This document shows, piece after piece, positions 9,550 to 17,969 of a stretch of 64,000 nucleotides of DNA; positions within the stretch are counted from its first letter, which is position 1, and the number at the start of each line of letters is the position of its first letter. Made by a program: the position numbers and the translations under genes. Source of the DNA: an uncultured Spirochaetota bacterium (lineage in GTDB: Bacteria; Spirochaetota; Brevinematia; Brevinematales; JAOACQ01); NCBI GenBank assembly GCA_963768055.1, contig CAVYGN010000001.1, positions 1,184,001 to 1,248,000 of the forward strand, written 5' to 3'. The notes under the pieces are model-generated. The model saw only the letters and a list, made by a program, of their open reading frames with translations. It made no database searches and had not been told where the DNA came from.

Positions 9550-10466
9550 GAAAGGCTCCGCAGGGCAAGAATTTGAATAAAGCAATCCTCAAGTCCAGGT
9601 ATATTTTCCCTTACGGTATTAATTTTTAAACCCTCTTTTTCAAGGATATCCTTTATATTTTGTCTGTGATTTCCTTTTTCGGAAACAAATAATTTCAAGG
9701 TCGCTCCCGTCAGGATGACTGATTTGTATTCATCATAGAGTTTCAGTATTCTTTCAGCCTTTCTTGAATCGGAGGTTGTTATCTCCATAAATTTCATGGA
9801 GATCATTTGTTTAATTTCTCCGGGAGTGCCTGTAGAGATTATTTTTCCCTTATGCATAAGAGCTATCCTGTTGCATCTTTCCGCCTCGTCAAGATAAGCC
9901 GTACTAATGACTATGGTTTTTTTTTCACCCAAAAGGTCATAGAGTATTTTCCAGAATTCCCTCCGCGACACTGGATCTACCCCGTTAGTAGGCTCGTCGA
10001 GTAGAATGATTTCAGGGTTATGAACAAGACAACAGGCAAGCCCCAATTTTTGTTTCATCCCGCCCGAAAGTTTCCCGGCCATTCTGTTCCTGAAAGGCTC
10101 AAGCAGGCTGAAGGAATAAAGAACCCTTAATTTTTTACGTATTTCTTTATTCGGCATTCCGAAAAGATTCCCGAAAAAGAAAATGTTTTCCTCGACGGTG
10201 AGGTCCTCGTACAACCCGAATTTTTGCGGCATGTATGCAAGCCCGTCTTTAAGGGCGTAAAGATTTTTAAATAGTTCGATATCCTTCATAAGGACCGATC
10301 CTGAAGAAGGCTGAAGAATCCCCGCAAGAATCCGGAGAAGGGTGCTTTTACCGGATCCATCCGGCCCGACGATACCGAAAATCTCCCCTGTGCCGACATT
10401 AAAAGAAACATTGTTTAAAGCCTCTGTTCCCTTAAATGATTTGACAAGGTTCTTCGCTTCGATCAA
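9546..10466 (-). CDS. ABC transporter ATP-binding protein
   Basis: GPDGSGKST, LSGGMKQK, LLDEPTNGVDP; TTG start overlapping the HlyD stop. Confidence 0.93.
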   Translation of the reverse strand: MIEAKNLVKSFKGTEALNNVSFNVGTGEIFGIVGPDGSGKSTLLRILAGILQPSSGSVLMKDIELFKNLYALKDGLAYMPQKFGLYEDLTVEENIFFFGNLFGMPNKEIRKKLRVLYSFSLLEPFRNRMAGKLSGGMKQKLGLACCLVHNPEIILLDEPTNGVDPVSRREFWKILYDLLGEKKTIVISTAYLDEAERCNRIALMHKGKIISTGTPGEIKQMISMKFMEITTSDSRKAERILKLYDEYKSVILTGATLKLFVSEKGNHRQNIKDILEKEGLKINTVRENIPGLEDCFIQILALRSLS

Positions 10467-11266
10467 TTTGAACTCTCCGTATAAATAACAGCGTCAGCCG
10501 GCATTCCCGGTTTAAGTGCTTCATCGGGATTATCAAGGGTTATTTTTACCGCGAACATCAATTTCACCCTTTCATCTTTTGTCTGTATCGTTTTTGGGGT
10601 GAACTCGGCCTCCTGGGAGATAGTTGAAACTATTCCGATGAAATCCCTCTTAGGATAGCTGTCGACATTTATAACAGCTTTCATACCCAGTTTTACAAGC
10701 CCCAGTTTTTTTTCATCAACATAAATCTTTATATAGACATGCCTGAGATCGGCCATCGTCAGGATGGCTGAACCTGGAAAAGCAGTCTCGCCGATTTCAA
10801 GGTTCTTTTCAAGAACAGTTCCGCTTATCGGAGCATAAATGACGGCATTCTCGATATCGGCAATAACCTGGTCAAGAGAGGCTTTTGAAACCATGAAAAC
10901 CGCCTCCGCATTATCCATTTCTTTTTTTGATACCGATCCTGCGGCGTAAAGGTCCTTGACCCTTTTAAGATTCAAATCCGCGTTTTCAAGGCTGGCCTTT
11001 GCTGAATTCCGTTCTGCCGCCAGTTCGTCGTAGATGAGTCTTACAATCAGTTGCCCTGCTTTAACTTCTACACCCTCGTCTACAGGAAGTTCGGCGATCC
11101 TCCCCGATATTTTCGAACTTATCTCTATCTCAGTTACCTCGATCGTTCCCGAACCTTCAATATTTCCGCTGTTTTTATTGATATTCCTGAATACTTCAAA
11201 AAATAATGTCGCCGCCGCAAGTATTACTATTACAGCGGCTATCGGCAATATCGCCTTTGATTTCAT
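10463..11266 (-). CDS. HlyD/YbhG-family efflux membrane-fusion protein
   Basis: N-terminal TM, SGTIEVTE, lipoyl-like half motifs, AEFTPKTIQT, LKPGMPAD. Confidence 0.93.
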   Translation of the reverse strand: MKSKAILPIAAVIVILAAATLFFEVFRNINKNSGNIEGSGTIEVTEIEISSKISGRIAELPVDEGVEVKAGQLIVRLIYDELAAERNSAKASLENADLNLKRVKDLYAAGSVSKKEMDNAEAVFMVSKASLDQVIADIENAVIYAPISGTVLEKNLEIGETAFPGSAILTMADLRHVYIKIYVDEKKLGLVKLGMKAVINVDSYPKRDFIGIVSTISQEAEFTPKTIQTKDERVKLMFAVKITLDNPDEALKPGMPADAVIYTESSN

Positions 11267-11276
11267 TTGAACCTCC

Positions 11277-11888
11277 TTATTTCAGTTTAAGAGTCCTCAA
11301 AAGGCTGTCTGAAAATTTTTCCGTAAAAGCATGCTCCAATTTTATATGGCTGATGCCGTAAACTCTTGCAACATCGTCAGAGATGCAATGATACATGATC
11401 AGAGGTATCCCCTGGAAGAAAAGCATTTTTGTAATATAAGATTCCCTGTCCTCAATTAAATTTCCCGCGTCTTTACTCATCATATTGTAAATTTCATTGT
11501 AAAAATCGCTCATCAGGGATAAGACAATTTCATAATCCAGTTTCCCCCTTAAAACTTCTGAAAGGATGATCCGGATGAAAGACGATTCACTGCCTATTAT
11601 CTGCCGCATATTCTCGAGTATGATTTCAGGCCTTATTGTTTTCTGGCTTTTCATACCTTCTATCTGCTCCGCCAGATGTTTTTTAGCCGCATCGATTATT
11701 CTTCCGATCAGCTCTTTAAGAATGTTTTCCTTGCTTTGAAAATGGTAGTAAAGCATGACTTTACTTACTCCGGCTTTACGGGCAATGTCCTCCATTTTTG
11801 TTCCGTCATAACCCTTATTTATCATAATTGCCCTGGCCGCGCCCAAAATACTCTCTTTCGTGTCCCCGGCCGTATTCTTTTTTTCCAT
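11277..11888 (-). CDS. TetR/AcrR family transcriptional regulator
   Basis: ILGAA...KGYDGTKMEDIARKAGVSKVMLYYHFQSKE HTH; first gene of the efflux operon. Confidence 0.93.
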   Translation of the reverse strand: MEKKNTAGDTKESILGAARAIMINKGYDGTKMEDIARKAGVSKVMLYYHFQSKENILKELIGRIIDAAKKHLAEQIEGMKSQKTIRPEIILENMRQIIGSESSFIRIILSEVLRGKLDYEIVLSLMSDFYNEIYNMMSKDAGNLIEDRESYITKMLFFQGIPLIMYHCISDDVARVYGISHIKLEHAFTEKFSDSLLRTLKLK

Positions 11889-11944
11889 ACCATACTCCTG
11901 GTTTATACTCAAGATATGAACTCATTATTTTAACTATTGGTATA

Positions 11945-11973
11945 ATTATAAATAATAAAGAATTCAATGTCAA
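11945..11973 (-). promoter_or_regulatory. Consensus sigma70 promoter of the TetR-efflux operon
   Basis: Minus strand TTGACA (11973-11968), 17-nt spacer, TATAAT (11950-11945). Confidence 0.8.
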
Positions 11974-12076
11974 TAGAAAAATAAAATAAAAAAACATGCG
12001 ATATTTTTATAATATGAATATAATAATTCGCCTGACAGGTAAAGGCCTGGTCATAAAAAAAGGGGGACTATATCGT

Positions 12077-12574
12077 ATGAAATATTCGATGATTTCAATT
12101 TTAATTGCATTTTCCGCATTCACTTTTGTTTTTTCCGAAGACGCCCCTACAAACGGCGGCAAGGCACCAATGATCAAGGGTGAAGACTTGGGTACGGACG
12201 CCGGGGATATTTCGCTCAAGCTTTATGCCGGGAAAGTAGTCCTTATTAATTTCTGGGCCACCTGGTGCCCGCCCTGCCGTGGTGAGATCCCCGACCTGAT
12301 AAAACTGCAGAAAGTTTATAAGGGGAAATTGGAGGTATTCAGTGTTTCTGTCGATCAGAACGGCCCTGATAAGGTCAGGGAATTTTCTAAAAAATACGGG
12401 ATCAATTATCCGGTCATAATGTCCGATGACGGCATAGTCCGTAGCTACGGCGGGATAGAGGCTATCCCCACGACTTTCTTAGTCGACACCAACGGCAATC
12501 TTGTAAAGAAATATGTAGGCTCTATGACTTTTGACCAGTACGAGGCTGAAATCAAGCCTTTCCTGCCGGAATGA
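12077..12574 (+). CDS. TlpA/ResA-like exported thiol-disulfide oxidoreductase
   Basis: Signal peptide, GKVVLINFWATWCPPC, cis-Pro motif AIPTTF; start at ATG 12077. Confidence 0.92.
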   Translation: MKYSMISILIAFSAFTFVFSEDAPTNGGKAPMIKGEDLGTDAGDISLKLYAGKVVLINFWATWCPPCRGEIPDLIKLQKVYKGKLEVFSVSVDQNGPDKVREFSKKYGINYPVIMSDDGIVRSYGGIEAIPTTFLVDTNGNLVKKYVGSMTFDQYEAEIKPFLPE

Positions 12575-12612
12575 ACAGGTTGACTGACATAATTTATTGT
12601 AAGGAGGTTATT

Positions 12613-13809
12613 ATGGTCGCAAAACAATTGAAAATGTGGCTGATTATTATCCTGATCTCGATTCCCGCCTTAACTTTTGGAAGTTCTCTGTATGACGCCG
12701 CCGACGACGGCAACGTCGCATTCATAAAAAATTACAGCGGCGATATCAATGCTAAAGATTCGGATGGTAAGACTGCATTGATGTTTGCATCCGAAAACGG
12801 CCAGTCTGTGGCTGCCGCAGCGCTGATGGAAGCCGGAGCCGATGTTAACGAAAAGGATAACGCCGGCATGACAACTTTAATGTATGCGTCTGAAAACGGC
12901 CAGCCTGATATTGTCAAATCACTAATTAAAGCTAAGGCGGAGATAAATGCGAAGGATAAAAATGCAAAAACGGCTTTAATGTATGCTGCTGAAAACGGCC
13001 AGTCTGTGGCTGCCGCTGCGCTGATCAAGGCGGGATCAGATGTCAATGCCAGGGATAATGACGGCAATACGGTTTTGATCTGGTCTGCCACTCGTAATGA
13101 CCCGGAAGCAGTTAAAGTTATAAAATCGTTGATAGAAGCGAAAGCCGATGTTAACGGCAGGGATAATGACGGCAGTACAGCATTAATGCAAGCGGGCAAA
13201 TCGGGGATTGCCGGAAACATCAAAGCATTGATAGAGGCCAATGCGGATATAAACGCCACCAATGAAGACGGAACGACTGCTTTGATGTATGCCATAAAGG
13301 CAGGAGCTGATTCAAATGTGATTAAATTATTAATCGATTCCGGGGCGGATGTCAACACTGTGGATAAAGACGGCAATACCGCTTTAATACGTGCGACCGA
13401 TTCATATACCTCAATGGTATCAGCAGCTTTTGGCGTTAATTCAGATGCGGCAGTAGTAATCAAACTTTTGGTTGAAGCGAAAGCGGATGTCAACATTATG
13501 GATAAAGACGGCAATACTGCTTTAATGTATGTAGCAAAGTGGGGATTAGCGGACGCAGTTAAAGTTTTGATCGAAGCGAAGGCAGATTTAAATGCCAGGA
13601 ATGATGAAGGAAAGACGGCCCTGATATTTGCAGCAAAATTTCCAATTTTGAATATGAAACCGAAAATCAAGTTAATTAGAGAGTTGATAGAAGCCGGAGC
13701 AGACATCAATATCAAGGATATGTACGGTTATACAGCTTTGACATATGCGGCCAGAAGGAATGCAACATCGGAAACGGTTGAAGTTTTAAAAGAAGCCGGT
13801 GCGAAATAG
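12613..13809 (+). CDS. Secreted ankyrin-repeat protein (about 10 repeats)
   Basis: Signal peptide, repeated G.TALM.A...LI.AGADVN.KD units; AAGGAGG RBS before ATG 12613. Confidence 0.92.
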   Translation: MVAKQLKMWLIIILISIPALTFGSSLYDAADDGNVAFIKNYSGDINAKDSDGKTALMFASENGQSVAAAALMEAGADVNEKDNAGMTTLMYASENGQPDIVKSLIKAKAEINAKDKNAKTALMYAAENGQSVAAAALIKAGSDVNARDNDGNTVLIWSATRNDPEAVKVIKSLIEAKADVNGRDNDGSTALMQAGKSGIAGNIKALIEANADINATNEDGTTALMYAIKAGADSNVIKLLIDSGADVNTVDKDGNTALIRATDSYTSMVSAAFGVNSDAAVVIKLLVEAKADVNIMDKDGNTALMYVAKWGLADAVKVLIEAKADLNARNDEGKTALIFAAKFPILNMKPKIKLIRELIEAGADINIKDMYGYTALTYAARRNATSETVEVLKEAGAK

Positions 13810-13812
13810 GCA

Positions 13813-14907
13813 TCAATTTTCGAGATATCCGAATACGGGCTCGCCGGCTTTGGGATGCCAGACCCTGTCCAGCTTTTCTTTAACGCGCCTTATGGCCCCT
13901 TCTTCGCTGGAGACATAGAGGGTTTTTCCGCTCTCGGCGGCGACAAGGGGCCTTAACTTTACCCTGTCCGAGAGGGCCATAAATCCGCCGTCGAAACCGA
14001 TAATGAACGCGAAGGGACCGTTCAAAAGCAGGCTTCCGTAAACAGTCCTGAGCCCGGTATAAAGCGATTTCGATTCCTCGTCCATAGCATCTATGTCTTT
14101 CCAGAACGGGGCGGCGAAAACCTTGGCGATCATATCCCATGACAGGTTATGTTTCCTTTTTAACAGGTCGACGCCGTAAGCGACAACTTCGGTATCGGTG
14201 CGCATTGTGCATTCGTAGCCGAAACTCTCAAGGTATCTCCGGTTGATGCCGTATGAAGAAATCTCTCCGTTATGGACTACCGAATAATTGAGAATTGTAA
14301 ATGGATGAGCGCCTCCCCACCAGCCGGGTGTATTCGTGGGAAATCTGCTGTGAGCGATCCATGTATGGGCCTCGTATTCATCAAGCCTGAAAAAATCGCC
14401 CAGCTCATGGGCCTCCCCGACCCCCTTGAATGCGCCCATGTTCTTGCCGCTTGACATGATGAAAACGCCTTCGATATTTTTATTGATGAATAAAACCTTT
14501 GAAACTACGTAGTCGTCTTCTTTTTCATTTCCCAGACGGGCGTCGGAAACCCGGCAGAAATACCTGTAAAAGAGGGGCGACCGGCCGATCGTCTTGTTTT
14601 TTCTCGTGGGTATCTGGTCTTCATAAACTATATCGAAATTCTCTTTTATATACTCCTTCCCCCTATCCATGGATGCGGTATCGTCATACATAACATGCAG
14701 GGCATAATAATCCTTATATGTATCGTAAAGGCCGTAAACGGCAAAACCGCCCCCAAGGCCGTTTCCCCTTTCTTTCATATGCTCTATGCCTTTTATGGCG
14801 TCGATGCCTTTGGATTTCCTGCCGTCCCTGTTTATAAAGCCGATAAGGCCGCAGCCGGATATATCCTTTTCACCATAAGGGCTTGAGAGCCCGTAATTAT
14901 GCGTCAT
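13813..14907 (-). CDS. Class-II glutamine amidotransferase, split glutamate-synthase (GltB N-terminal domain) type
   Basis: G-CG nucleophile near the N-terminus, ERGNGLGGG, AHSRFPTNT, WWGGAHPF, VHNGEISSY, TDTE, DRVKLRP. Confidence 0.88.
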   Translation of the reverse strand: MTHNYGLSSPYGEKDISGCGLIGFINRDGRKSKGIDAIKGIEHMKERGNGLGGGFAVYGLYDTYKDYYALHVMYDDTASMDRGKEYIKENFDIVYEDQIPTRKNKTIGRSPLFYRYFCRVSDARLGNEKEDDYVVSKVLFINKNIEGVFIMSSGKNMGAFKGVGEAHELGDFFRLDEYEAHTWIAHSRFPTNTPGWWGGAHPFTILNYSVVHNGEISSYGINRRYLESFGYECTMRTDTEVVAYGVDLLKRKHNLSWDMIAKVFAAPFWKDIDAMDEESKSLYTGLRTVYGSLLLNGPFAFIIGFDGGFMALSDRVKLRPLVAAESGKTLYVSSEEGAIRRVKEKLDRVWHPKAGEPVFGYLEN

Positions 14908-15106
14908 TTTTAACCTCTTGAAGACTATTACAGGATAATATTATAATTTCTTCATACTGATAATTCAAGAATAAGGGGTATCATCCAGGATTCATTTTTA
15001 AAATAATTCGAACTCCCGGTGGGGACAGATACTTGAAAGGCTTGGCAAGAAATTTATCGCTGAAAATAAAGTAATCGACAATTATAATTCTAAAATATTC
15101 TGAAGC

Positions 15107-15570
15107 AAGGAGGATACTTATAAAAATATTGTTATTTTAAACCTTCCTTATGATAGGTTCTTTCGAAACCGGAGAAGGTCAAACCACAAAATTGCAACCA
15201 TACAAATGTGACCCTTGATTCGGTTATTATAGTAGCCAGCTTTCAAATAAGATTAGTCTATAAATTTGGCGGAAAAGTTGAATACACTAAATTTATTATG
15301 ACTTTGAAGGCGGCATTCAAAATGAATTTGCAAAGATGTATATATACAAAATGCCCAGTCTTGAATGCATATGAATCCGAAAAGCTGGATATCGAAAAAA
15401 TTGTATCGGATTTAGTTATGAATCCTGCAGCGCTAATTACCATCAATGAAAAAATAAAGAGGGCTTGACTTACTTGACAACGGAATGCTAACTCAACAAA
15501 AATGACAACATGATGTTATATAAATAAAATTGCGCCTAAACAACAAATGACGGCAAAAAAAGCTATTTAA
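15107..15570 (+). pseudogene. Probable decayed gene for an exported protein
   Basis: Strong RBS AAGGAGG (15107-15113) is followed by ATA instead of ATG and a signal-peptide-like (I)KILLF*TFLMIG; several stops and frame changes follow; contains the 86-aa fragment 15208-15468. Confidence 0.35.
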
Positions 15571-15611
15571 GTGAAATAACCCCTGCAAGGGATAGCATCA
15601 GATCCGATTAA

Positions 15612-16190
15612 TCATATTTTCCCGACTTTTTTATAAGCGGTACGGAATTTGTCGGATTTAACAGCTTCCGCGATATCCTTTCCTATTCTGTTCATTACCT
15701 TATCAAAGGCTTCAAACATATAGCCTAAATTCGAGTGGAACAGCGTAATACAATCCATCTCCTCTTGATAAAGGACGGTCTCTTTATCGGCTGCTAACAG
15801 CCGGATTTCAACGGTGCCTTCAACCTTGTAAACCACCAATCCATAGCACCAGAACCTGGTTATGTAAACTTCCAGGGTTGGTGAGCCTTCCTCAACAACG
15901 GAATAACCGCTTTGAGAAAGCGCCTGTTTTACTGTTGTTTCCACTTCCCCCGTTATAGTCTTTCCTTTCTGTAAATATAAACGTTTGCCCATGAGAGCAG
16001 GTTCGTCTTTGCCAAAGTCCTTTTCACGCGAGTTGTAAACTTTTCCGATCGTAATATTGCCGAGATTATCTTCAGTTTTCGAGAATTTTGCCCTGGTAAA
16101 ATATATGCCGTCAAAACAGCCGTAAATGCAAAGGCAGAGAATAAAAGCGGGTAATAAAAATAAAACCCTTTTGAGCCTGAAAAACCTCAT
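15612..16190 (-). CDS. Putative lipoprotein, YajG-like
   Basis: Hydrophobic signal ending IYGC; VKQALSQSGYSV...LEVYITRFW pattern; start uncertain (16190 or 16232). Confidence 0.55.
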   Translation of the reverse strand: MRFFRLKRVLFLLPAFILCLCIYGCFDGIYFTRAKFSKTEDNLGNITIGKVYNSREKDFGKDEPALMGKRLYLQKGKTITGEVETTVKQALSQSGYSVVEEGSPTLEVYITRFWCYGLVVYKVEGTVEIRLLAADKETVLYQEEMDCITLFHSNLGYMFEAFDKVMNRIGKDIAEAVKSDKFRTAYKKVGKI

Positions 16191-16273
16191 TGAAACGGAA
16201 AAGTTCAATATATTCCCCCTTTTACCCGGCAATTAAGAATTATGGTTTACGCTCAAAAAATAATCAAGAATAA

Positions 16274-17440
16274 TCACCGGCGGCTGTTAATGTTAACAGG
16301 AATTTTTACTATGAAACGGCTTCCCTTTCCCGGGCCATCGCTTTCAGCCCATAAGGAGCCGTTGTGGAGCTCGGCCATTTTTCTGGACAGCGTTAAGCCG
16401 AGTCCTGTACCCGGTTCTTTGAACGAATTTTTGCCCTGAATCTGGTAAAAAGATTCGAAAATATTTTCAAGCTGGTCTTGAGGGATTCCTATGCCTGTAT
16501 CCTTTACGCTAATTATAATTTCATCGCCCGACATTTCACCGGCAACGGTTATTGTACCTCCGTCCGGAGTGACTTTCGAAGCATTGGAAAGAAGATTTAT
16601 AATGATCTGCCTGATCATTCTTTGATCCGCCTCAATCTCATGGTTTTCCATTTCCGAATCAAGAAACAACTCAAGCCTTATATGACGCTTCAGGCATCTT
16701 TCCTCGATTATAATCAGGCTCTTCCTGATTACCGGCCCGATCGGAAAAAATGATTTGACAAGCGTCATTTTATCGGCCTCGATTTTAGACAGGTCGAGTA
16801 ATTCGTTGATCAGCGACAGAAGATACCGTCCGCTTTCCATAATGTCACTGACATATTCCCTTTGCCGTTCATTTAATGGCCCGTAATATTGCTCATTAAG
16901 GATCTGGGAAAAACCTATGATGGAATTAAGCGGAGTCCGGAGTTCATGCGAAATATTCGCGATAAACATATTTTTAATACGATTAGCCGATTCCGCGGAA
17001 ATTTTAGCAATCTGAAGGCTTCGGATCCTGTTCAGGAAAACAAATAACAGGGTAATAAGGAAACCCGGGATCAGGACAAAAATGAAATTCGGATCCCTGA
17101 TAAGATTTACCGGATTGCCGCCGGTTAACGTCCCTATGCCATGCATATTGAAAATATAGATAAACAAAATAGAGAAAAAAACAAGAACCAGCATATAAAG
17201 AAATGTTTTAACAATCAATTCTTGCAAAAGCGAAACCCAGCGAACCAGATTGGATGAAAGTATTGCATCCAGTATAACTAAAATCAGAGAACAGGAAAAA
17301 CCTATGCCGACCGCCCCTTCAATATTGTTTAATGACGAGTTTCCGTATAAAAAAGGGATAACGAGGCTTATCAAAATACAGATAAGGATATTTTTGTTAT
17401 TGACTTTAACAGCATTGATTACGATAGAAGAAATATTCAT
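16274..17440 (-). CDS. Membrane sensor histidine kinase (orphan)
   Basis: About 4 TM helices, H-box FIANISHELRTPLNSI, N-box NLLSNA, G1 DTGIGI, G2 GTGLGL. Confidence 0.92.
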   Translation of the reverse strand: MNISSIVINAVKVNNKNILICILISLVIPFLYGNSSLNNIEGAVGIGFSCSLILVILDAILSSNLVRWVSLLQELIVKTFLYMLVLVFFSILFIYIFNMHGIGTLTGGNPVNLIRDPNFIFVLIPGFLITLLFVFLNRIRSLQIAKISAESANRIKNMFIANISHELRTPLNSIIGFSQILNEQYYGPLNERQREYVSDIMESGRYLLSLINELLDLSKIEADKMTLVKSFFPIGPVIRKSLIIIEERCLKRHIRLELFLDSEMENHEIEADQRMIRQIIINLLSNASKVTPDGGTITVAGEMSGDEIIISVKDTGIGIPQDQLENIFESFYQIQGKNSFKEPGTGLGLTLSRKMAELHNGSLWAESDGPGKGSRFIVKIPVNINSRR

Positions 17441-17483
17441 ATGGTATTATACTTCCGCCTGATTTTACGGTCAAAAATTTCAG

Positions 17484-17591
17484 CGGTCAACAGTCAGCAC
17501 TCAATAGTCGAAAGTCAATATTATAATCAATACTTTACGGGAGACAGCATGACCGTAGACTGCAGACTGCCGACTATATCGATATTGACGG
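17484..17591. repeat. Inverted heptamer array A (NAGTCRR)n ... (YYGACTN)n
   Basis: CGGTCAA CAGTCAG CACTCAA TAGTCGA AAGTCAA, spacer, then ATGACCG TAGACTG CAGACTG CCGACTA. Confidence 0.75.
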
Positions 17592-17639
17592 CAAGGTTTT
17601 TGTTGCTTAACTTTATTATATATAAAAAAGGGGTGTTTT

Positions 17640-17819
17640 ATGAAAAAAATAGATCCGGTATGCAGGGTGGAGGTGATTATGGACTCCGAATTGCATTCAG
17701 ATTACAAGGGTAAAACATATTATTTCAATTCAAAGGGATGTATGGACGAGTTCACCAAAGATCCTGAAAAATTTATAAATGAAAACGAACCGAGGAGAAA
17801 CCTCTATTCCTGCTGTTAA
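17640..17819 (+). CDS. YHS-domain small protein (59 aa)
   Basis: Not in the ORF track (below 60 aa): MKKIDPVCRVEVIMDSELHSDYKGKTYYFNSKGCMDEFTKDPEKFINENEPRRNLYSCC; RBS AGGGGTG. Confidence 0.85.
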   Translation: MKKIDPVCRVEVIMDSELHSDYKGKTYYFNSKGCMDEFTKDPEKFINENEPRRNLYSCC

Positions 17820-17821
17820 AA

Positions 17822-17901
17822 CAGTCGATAGTTTAAAGTCAACAGCCTATATTCATTAATTAATGTCATACTGTTGACTTTCGGCTGGCGACTGTCAACT
17901 A
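17822..17901. repeat. Inverted heptamer array B
   Basis: CAGTCGA TAGTTTA AAGTCAA CAGCCTA ... TTGACTT TCGGCTG GCGACTG TCAACTA. Confidence 0.75.
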
Positions 17902-17969
17902 TTTTTGGTTCAAAATTGATTAATTCCGATATTCAAAGTACTATCTAGTAAAGCAAGTAGAGATTATAT

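Noticed and set aside
12732..13715. 327-aa antisense ORF
   Set aside because: Shadow of the repetitive ankyrin gene; no RBS or independent motif
15042..15058. TTGGCAAG resembling a sigma54 -24 box
   Set aside because: No GC at the -12 position (GG-N10-AT)
15466..15513. Clustered in-frame TGA codons suggesting selenocysteine or recoding
   Set aside because: TAA stops also interrupt the region, there is no SECIS-like hairpin or redox motif, and TGA is an ordinary stop in many genes here
17441..17713. 90-aa ORF from the track
   Set aside because: Its sequence (VNSQHSIVESQ, TVDCRLPT) is the translation of the heptamer arrays, and it overlaps the better-supported YHS gene
17484..17901. Heptamer arrays as a CRISPR array or IS ends
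   Set aside because: No 23-47-nt identical repeats with unique spacers, and no cas or transposase gene in the window
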